Below, one piece after another: positions 52,101-56,913 of a DNA stretch of 56,913 bases. The translations under genes and the position numbers were made by a program. Location: positions 1 to 56,913 of the forward strand of contig CAMODY010000001.1 in assembly GCA_946611595.1 (NCBI GenBank), given 5' to 3'. Numbering within the stretch: position 1 is the stretch's first letter; the number at the start of each line of letters is the position of its first letter. The stretch comes from an uncultured Clostridia bacterium (lineage in GTDB: Bacteria; Bacillota; Clostridia; Lachnospirales; Lachnospiraceae). The notes beneath the pieces were generated by a model. It was not told the DNA's origin. It made no database searches and worked only from the letters and a program-made list of their open reading frames with translations.

Positions 52101-52225
52101 TCAATAGAAGAAGGCGTCACAGCAAAAGCTGCCGCCTCTTTCTTCCCTTTGGCAACCATGTATTCTTCACGCGCGATATTCTTATTTCGGCCCAGTTTCA
52201 AGGCACTTTGAAGCAAATCAGTCAT
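49184..52225 (-). CDS. Hypothetical 1013-aa cytoplasmic protein: N-terminal Ig-like beta-sandwich plus long alpha-helical repeat regions
   Basis: The ATG at 52225 overlaps the rarA stop (ATGACTGA). Residues ~33-130 (FAVTPSSIEFSGLPGDTETVLHLVITQNGYMEIEAF...ITFETASQQIKVPVTIDV) have an alternating beta pattern. The rest is largely helical with two beta-rich inserts. I saw no TM, signal peptide, P-loop or catalytic motif. Confidence 0.6.
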   Translation of the reverse strand: MTDLLQSALKLGRNKNIAREEYMVAKGKKEAAAFAVTPSSIEFSGLPGDTETVLHLVITQNGYMEIEAFCPDDFITLSRRVITSDVFPGGSFDLPITITESKLHGGRNYSCITFETASQQIKVPVTIDVPVRVMLDDYNPKQLYMDLAKVYFDFRKGLMDSSDWAKQSLALIGEIDGIDRMSMFLMLYKAQLYIEIESYVEAASLLEYMAEVIQKLQRSDLALNCYFLYVRAIYERDRKSSEEIKGRIRTIYERQPSWQLLWILFQMDSNYEENPGLKLDDIFAEFGGGSTSPILYFEALEIFMQYPGYFSDASDFELQILNFARKLDYSSSALSARVTQVFMMLTEAELSEKNLALAEKVLKYLYERYPTRDLLRVIARLLIVKDDRSEEAGSYYDIAVREYLDDIPGIFSYYIFTRPESVYEPLPARIMEYFSSGAESLLDYRRYFYANIVTNKEKRPEYYRAYEQKIIEYADQQMSQGIVDQDLAVIYKDIIASDKLTHNMRVRLFEIIATKEICCHNDRMRNVMVFHDELNVYQDIPLNKGKARVKVYSHNAEILFKDITGNIYANIDYEKKEFLSSGEYIDICVKGVPISDYMLMSDTMPLLRGYKDPAEILNYMTNRMSTASFRNGYVKKLINDTVLYFSRNLRDRNVYDELLAFFKYDLEPETKGKLIEVMIERTLFRDAYEKIREEGFAHVSEQSVARLSSALVELVNYRDDALLLSMCEQSFLKTTFDPRIYKYMVQNYNDKPEVLEELYRAGRAYGEDFGNLPERILRRAIESGENSDLIPQIFAKYYTEGTDADLKKTYMTYKAERYLYQGEEKDTDFFRYIENDLMQRENFPTAVLVAYLKYMSDKDISGKRRTRMIEVQLKGLVGRSIMLEEFKGYGKYFSLPAALSNAVIASCFGNAGRIVYDIISGEKTIHKEEQMAEIFEGCYAKYITLFYGERVEYSVNGEEPVSVSYADLDIKEDDSRYSELNNIIQMKETGNMLALNLAAKEYFVKDKLMERLF

Positions 52226-53597
52226 CTCTGTTTTTCAGCCTGTTAAGCCTTTCTTTCATGGTTTTTTCATAGCCGAGGTTCCCCGGTTCATAAAAGACGG
52301 TATCCGTCAGTTCATCAGGCAGATACTGCTGTTTCACATAATGCTCCGGATAATCATGCGCATACTGATATCCGATTCCTCTGCCGATCTTTGCAGCTCC
52401 TCCATAATGCGCATCCTGTAAATGCGGAGGAACTGTTTTGATATCTGTCGTCCTTACCGTTTCAAGTGCCGCATCGATCGCCATGATCGCCGAATTGCTT
52501 TTCGGAGCACCACACACGTAAAGAACTGCTTCCGCTAAAATGATCCTGGCTTCCGGCATTCCGATCACATGAACCGCCTGCTGTGCTGCCACAGCGAGTT
52601 GCAGCGCTCTCGGGTCTGCACAGCCGACATCTTCTGCGGCGCAGATCATAATTCTTCTTGCTATAAAATTCACATCTTCTCCGGCATAAAGCATCTTTGC
52701 CAGATAGTAGATGGCCGCATCCGGGTCGCTTCCCCGCATGCTTTTTATAAACGCGGAGATCGTATCGTAATGATTATCTCCGTCTTTATCATATCTTATA
52801 TTTTTGCGCTGAACGCATTGCTCAATGACCTCACTCGTAAGGTGAATTGCCGTATCTCTGCCTTCGGCGTTCTTTGCAGATGCATTTTGAATGCTGCTTC
52901 CATCCGGAATTTTAGAAGGCTCTGTCGTCAGCACCGCAAGTTCAATCGCATTGAGCGCAGTCCTTGCATCGCCGCCCGCAAAATCACTTAAAAAATCCAG
53001 GGCGTCATCATCGATCACAGCATGATACATGCCAAGCCCTTTTTCTTTATCGGAAAGCGCTCTTAAGATAATCGCCCTGATGTCCTCCGGCTCTAACGGT
53101 TTTAGTTCATAAATCGTTGAGCGGCTGATCAGCGCGCTATTAACCTCAAAATACGGATTTTCAGTCGTTGCTCCGATCAGGATCACCGTGCCGTCTTCTA
53201 CAAACGGAAGGAGATAATCCTGCTGGGCCTTATTGAAACGGTGGATCTCATCAACAAAAAGGATCGTTTTCTTTCCGTATGCTCCGCGCTTTACCTTTGC
53301 CTCTTCTACGATCTCTACCATGTCCTTTTTCCCAGCTACAGTAGCATTAATCTGTTTAAAATCAGCAGAGGTCGTATTCGCGATCACTCTTGCAAGCGTT
53401 GTCTTTCCGGTGCCGCTCGGCCCGTAAAAAATAACGGAAGAAAGTTTATCTGCCTGAATCAGGCGGTAAAGATGACTTCCTTTTGAAAGAATATGCTTCT
53501 GGCCCATAAACTCATTCAGAGTTTGTGGACGGATACGGGAGGCAAGCGGTGCTTCTTCCTTTATCTTATTCTGATGCGCATATTCAAACAGGTCCAT
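52218..53597 (-). CDS. rarA: Replication-associated recombination protein A (AAA+ ATPase)
   Basis: 459 aa with Walker A GPSGTGKTT, Walker B LFVDEIHRFNK and the C-terminal MgsA motifs (HLQDAHYGGA, GYQYAHDY). Confidence 0.9.
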   Translation of the reverse strand: MDLFEYAHQNKIKEEAPLASRIRPQTLNEFMGQKHILSKGSHLYRLIQADKLSSVIFYGPSGTGKTTLARVIANTTSADFKQINATVAGKKDMVEIVEEAKVKRGAYGKKTILFVDEIHRFNKAQQDYLLPFVEDGTVILIGATTENPYFEVNSALISRSTIYELKPLEPEDIRAIILRALSDKEKGLGMYHAVIDDDALDFLSDFAGGDARTALNAIELAVLTTEPSKIPDGSSIQNASAKNAEGRDTAIHLTSEVIEQCVQRKNIRYDKDGDNHYDTISAFIKSMRGSDPDAAIYYLAKMLYAGEDVNFIARRIMICAAEDVGCADPRALQLAVAAQQAVHVIGMPEARIILAEAVLYVCGAPKSNSAIMAIDAALETVRTTDIKTVPPHLQDAHYGGAAKIGRGIGYQYAHDYPEHYVKQQYLPDELTDTVFYEPGNLGYEKTMKERLNRLKNRDD

Positions 53598-53603
53598 CGT
53601 TTT

Positions 53604-54980
53604 TTATCTGCTTTTCATCGGTATATATTGTGCGTGTTTTACAACATTTTTATAAGCAGGACGGATGATCTTTCCGCCGGAAGAAAGTTCTTCTAAACGG
53701 TGCGCAGACCAACCGGCCATTCTTGCGATTGCAAAAAGCGGAGTGAAGAGTTCTTCCGGAAGTCCTAAAAGCTGATATACAAGTCCGGAATAAAAGTCCA
53801 CATTGATCGAGATATTCGAACGGTACATTTTACGGTTTCCGGTGATAACACCCGGCGCGATCCGCTCTACTCTCTGATAAAATTCAAACTCTTTCCTTGC
53901 ATCCTTTTTATCAGCCAGACGTTCAACAAAGCTCTTTAAAAGAACAGCTCTCGGATCGGAGATCGTATAAACTGCATGTCCTACACCATAGATCAGGCCT
54001 TTTCTGTCGTAGGCTTTTCCGCGCAGAATCTTCTCAAGATATTTGCGGATCTCGTCTTCATCCTCCCAGTCTTTGACATGCTTTTTCATATTGTCCATCA
54101 TGCCGACAACTTTGATATTTGCTCCGCCGTGACGAGGTCCTTTAAGAGAAGCTAAGGACGCAGCCATTGCAGAGTACGTATCTGTTAAGGTTGAAGTAAC
54201 AACGCGGTTGGTAAAGGTCGAGTTATTTCCGCCGCCGTGGTCAGCATGAAGGACCAGGCAAAGATCTAATACTCTGGCTTCAAATTTTGTAAATTTACTG
54301 TCATCACGAAGAAGATGAAGGATGGTCTCAGCAGTTCCCATTTTCGGATCCGGCTGATGAATGACAAGACTTCCGCCTTCTTTATAATGTTTAAATGCCT
54401 GATATCCATAAACAGCCAAAAGCGGTGTTACAGCAGTCAGCTGCAGACACTGACGCAAAGCATTATCTACAGAAACATCATCCGCATTATCATCATACGG
54501 ATACAGAGTCAGAATACTTCTGGAAAGCGTGTTCATCATTTCCTTACTCGGTGCCTTCATAATAACGTCGCGCACAAAGTTTGTCGGAAGGGTTCTGTAG
54601 GACGCCAAAAGATCGGAGAATTCCTTGAGCTCTTTTGTGTTTGGAAGGCTTCCGAAGATCAACAGATATGCAGTCTCTTCAAAACCGAAACGATGTTCCT
54701 TCACAAAGCCGTGAACGAGATCTTCCACATTATAGCCGCGGTAGTAAAGTTTACCAGGGCATGGGACCATCTCATCATCATCGATCGTATAAGACTTAAC
54801 TTCTGCAATTTCCGTAAGGCCTGTCAGAACACCTTTTCCGTTCAGGTCACGCAAACCTCTCTTTACATTGTATCTGTAATAAAGAGAGTCATCAATTTTG
54901 TTATTATCCCGGCACAGGGTTGCCAGTTTTTCAATTTCCGGAGTATTTTCTGAATGTGAATCAACAATAACTTTTTTCAT
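53604..54980 (-). CDS. Citrate synthase
   Basis: 458 aa with the citrate synthase signature region LVLHADHGGGNNSTF, GPRHGGAN and catalytic His/Asp contexts (GVGHAVY, VDFYSG). Confidence 0.9.
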   Translation of the reverse strand: MKKVIVDSHSENTPEIEKLATLCRDNNKIDDSLYYRYNVKRGLRDLNGKGVLTGLTEIAEVKSYTIDDDEMVPCPGKLYYRGYNVEDLVHGFVKEHRFGFEETAYLLIFGSLPNTKELKEFSDLLASYRTLPTNFVRDVIMKAPSKEMMNTLSRSILTLYPYDDNADDVSVDNALRQCLQLTAVTPLLAVYGYQAFKHYKEGGSLVIHQPDPKMGTAETILHLLRDDSKFTKFEARVLDLCLVLHADHGGGNNSTFTNRVVTSTLTDTYSAMAASLASLKGPRHGGANIKVVGMMDNMKKHVKDWEDEDEIRKYLEKILRGKAYDRKGLIYGVGHAVYTISDPRAVLLKSFVERLADKKDARKEFEFYQRVERIAPGVITGNRKMYRSNISINVDFYSGLVYQLLGLPEELFTPLFAIARMAGWSAHRLEELSSGGKIIRPAYKNVVKHAQYIPMKSR

Positions 54981-55050
54981 ATTCCGCTCCTATTTGTACC
55001 TAATTATATAGTATCCTTCAATTTCGGGTTTAAAATAAAATGATAAATGA

Positions 55051-55080
55051 TTGAAATTATTATGTCAAACGTCATATAAT
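55051..55080 (+). promoter_or_regulatory. Candidate promoter TTGAAA-N18-TATAAT ending 7 nt before the ATG at 55088
   Basis: TTGAAA lies at 55051-55056 and TATAAT at 55075-55080. There is no SD before 55088. Confidence 0.45.
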
Positions 55081-55087
55081 ATCTGCC

Positions 55088-55510
55088 ATGAAACAGAAAT
55101 CTGATGCACTTTTCAGAATATGGAGCCTGGTGATGATCCTTTCCGGGATCGTCCTGATTGCGCTGGATGGATATTTGATGGTTCTTCGCTTCAAAACTCC
55201 AGAGATATCCAGATTCTTAACGCTTATCGCCACTTTAATCCTTTTGGCCTGCGCGATAATAGAGATCGTCTGCGGGATAAAGAGCATGTCCTTCATCAGC
55301 ATGACTTCGAGAGGAAGGCGTTTCCGCGCAGTTCACTCTAAAATCCTGGCATTCAAGCGACTTTCCCTTACCGCGATCATTCTTGCTCTGCTCGAGGTCA
55401 TTCTATCCTGCATCTTCGGAATCATTTTCTGGCAGCTCGCATTGATATGCATTTTCGGCATCCTCATGCCGCTCATCGAATTATTAAGCACGAAAACGCT
55501 TCAATCCTGA
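55088..55510 (+). CDS. Small 4-TM membrane protein, hypothetical
   Basis: 140 aa from the ATG at 55088 (possibly leaderless). An alternative ATG at 55133 has GGAG 7 nt upstream. There are four hydrophobic helices and no recognisable family. Confidence 0.55.
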   Translation: MKQKSDALFRIWSLVMILSGIVLIALDGYLMVLRFKTPEISRFLTLIATLILLACAIIEIVCGIKSMSFISMTSRGRRFRAVHSKILAFKRLSLTAIILALLEVILSCIFGIIFWQLALICIFGILMPLIELLSTKTLQS

Positions 55511-56508
55511 GAAGCTGTGACCTGATTAGAGGTCGTTTCATCAAATACGATCTCCACCGTGAATTCCGGCGAAACCGCCGTTACTAAAGGCTGAAACATC
55601 TGCCAGGTACTAACGCTTGCATATTCATCAGCCATCTGGAACACCTCTGCTTCTGTCAGCTTTTCTTCCATCGATTTATAAACAGATTGCAAAAGACGGT
55701 TCTGATCTTCCGTTTTCAGTTTAATGTCCCCAAATGCTAAAAGACCTTTTTCCGTATCTTCAAATTGTGTTTTATCCAGATCAGGATTAATGTACTGAAG
55801 ACAGCTGTGCGGGATGACCACCGTAACCTGTTTCTTATCCATATCCACTTTAATGTGATCTGCATCGATACCCGCCATATCTACCGTATAAACGCCGGTT
55901 CCATAATAGGTGATCGTTTTCATCTTCGAGAAGATCTGCAGATTTCCGAGCCCGGCTTTGGTGATCGTTGTTGCAATTTCAAGCGGCTGCTCCATAACGA
56001 TCAACTCCTGATGCTGGCTGGCCTCTCCTAAAATAGCATCTTGAAAATCCACTGCCGTATAAGTGAAAGGGCCATTTTCCAGGACTTCATCCGCCGTTGT
56101 CTGCGAGGTATGGTTTGTTCCGAAGATCATTCCGTTTGAGAGCTTTCCAATCAGGAAAACTGCCAAGGCACCAACAATAAGGCCAATTACGATCCCAAGC
56201 CAGAACCGCCCATTCCCCTTTGTCTTTTTAGACGATTTGATGCCGTCTGCTGCAACATCTACTAAGGCTCCAACAAGGGAAGCGCCGCCACCTGCTAAAG
56301 CAGAGGCGGAACTTTCTTTACTGCTACCTTCTTTTTCGGAAGCCTGCTCTTTGATTTCCTGCTTCAGCGCATTCTTGATCCGCTCTTTTTCTGCTTCTTT
56401 CTGAGCAGCTTCTTTCGCAGCCTGAGCCTGTTTCAAAGCTTCCTTTTGTTTTTTTGTCTTTTCGTTTTCTACAGTATTTGCCGAGGTGTCAATTTTGATC
56501 TCCGACAT
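55501..56508 (-). CDS. Bitopic membrane protein: K/E/A-rich N-terminal region, TM, C-terminal domain resembling DUF4230
   Basis: 335 aa with SD AAGGAG. It has a charged N-terminus (KQKEALKQAQAAKEAAQKEAEKERIK), a TM (FWLGIVIGLIVGALAVFLIG), then a beta-rich domain (TYYGTGVYTVDMAGIDADHIKVDMDKKQVTVVIP). My family recognition is tentative. Confidence 0.6.
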   Translation of the reverse strand: MSEIKIDTSANTVENEKTKKQKEALKQAQAAKEAAQKEAEKERIKNALKQEIKEQASEKEGSSKESSASALAGGGASLVGALVDVAADGIKSSKKTKGNGRFWLGIVIGLIVGALAVFLIGKLSNGMIFGTNHTSQTTADEVLENGPFTYTAVDFQDAILGEASQHQELIVMEQPLEIATTITKAGLGNLQIFSKMKTITYYGTGVYTVDMAGIDADHIKVDMDKKQVTVVIPHSCLQYINPDLDKTQFEDTEKGLLAFGDIKLKTEDQNRLLQSVYKSMEEKLTEAEVFQMADEYASVSTWQMFQPLVTAVSPEFTVEIVFDETTSNQVTASQD

Positions 56509-56520
56509 AAAGAGCTCCTT

Positions 56521-56913
56521 TTAAGCTTTTTCGAACACTGTCTTCATGCACTTATAAGTCATATAACAATCGAATTTCGCAACTGTTTCATATGGCGCAT
56601 GCATGCTAAGTACCGGAACGCCGGCATCGATCGTATCAATATTGCGGTTTGCAAGATCTAAAGCAACCGTTCCGCCGCCGCCGTTATCATTCTTGCCCAT
56701 CTGGGTCATCTGCCATACAACACCTGCATCATTCATCAGTTTTCTGAGTTTTCCGACGACTTCTGCAGAAGCATCGCTTGCTCCGCTCTTTCCGCCATGG
56801 CCTGTATATTTGCAGAAGGAAACGCCATGATTGATCTTGGAGTCATTACGGACTTCAAATACTTCTGCATAGTTCGGATCATAAGCAGCCGTTACGTCAG
56901 CACTAACGCAGAA
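56521..56913 (-). CDS. M18-family (aspartyl/PepA-like) aminopeptidase, C-terminal 130 codons (5' end beyond the window)
   Basis: The frame is open to the window edge. The translation ...DVTAAYDPNYAEVFEVRNDSKINHGVSFCKYTGHGGKSGASDA...VALDLANRNIDTIDAGVPVLSMHAPYETVAKFD... matches the M18 C-terminal metal-binding region (SMHAP). Confidence 0.75.
   Translation of the reverse strand, partial: FCVSADVTAAYDPNYAEVFEVRNDSKINHGVSFCKYTGHGGKSGASDASAEVVGKLRKLMNDAGVVWQMTQMGKNDNGGGGTVALDLANRNIDTIDAGVPVLSMHAPYETVAKFDCYMTYKCMKTVFEKA

Overview
This 56.9-kb window looks like a chromosomal segment of a strictly anaerobic Firmicute. The gene content looks Clostridia/Lachnospiraceae-like, but that is inference only. 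I call 47 protein-coding genes, 41 of them on the minus strand. I saw no rRNA, tRNA, CRISPR array, transposase or integrase.

Blocks from left to right:
- (1) 1-5780: a 2-oxoacid fermentation operon. It holds iorA-iorB, a D-2-hydroxyacid dehydrogenase, butyrate kinase, a GntR regulator and a second butyrate kinase that is cut by the window edge.
- (2) 5988-13700: a tightly packed six-gene envelope operon. It holds a MobA-like nucleotidyltransferase, an extracytoplasmic PIG-L deacetylase, a GT2-GtrA fusion, a NAGPA-type phosphodiester glycosidase, a 674-aa ER/K-rich bitopic protein and a CapA-like protein.
- (3) 13805-14924: a plus-strand oxygen-detoxification islet with reverse rubrerythrin and a 52-aa rubredoxin that is missing from the ORF track. 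An LCP ligase gene follows.
- (4) 16515-31338: an almost gap-free co-directional string. It runs cca, phosphoglucomutase, GH25 lipoprotein, Zn-ribbon ORF, rubrerythrin, then a Wzx/Wzy-type polysaccharide locus with two priming phosphoglycosyl transferases and a P-loop-less Wzz/BY-kinase-like fusion.
- (5) 31448-47110: housekeeping genes. These are proS, metK, murA, an M23 peptidase, a 656-aa polytopic membrane protein, dapB, dapA, a class A PBP, yigZ and valS.
- (6) 47094-52225: three translationally coupled ORFs of unknown function between rarA and valS. They encode a 1013-aa Ig-like/alpha-solenoid protein, a 426-aa degenerate Hsp70/actin-fold protein and a 267-aa TPR-like protein.
- (7) 52218-56913: rarA, citrate synthase, two small envelope ORFs and a truncated M18 aminopeptidase.

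My best candidates for an undescribed system are the three-gene module at 47094-52225 and the six-gene extracytoplasmic glycan-editing operon at 5988-13700.

All calls come from reading motifs by eye in the supplied translations and DNA. No database search was possible. Family names are recognitions, not search results.
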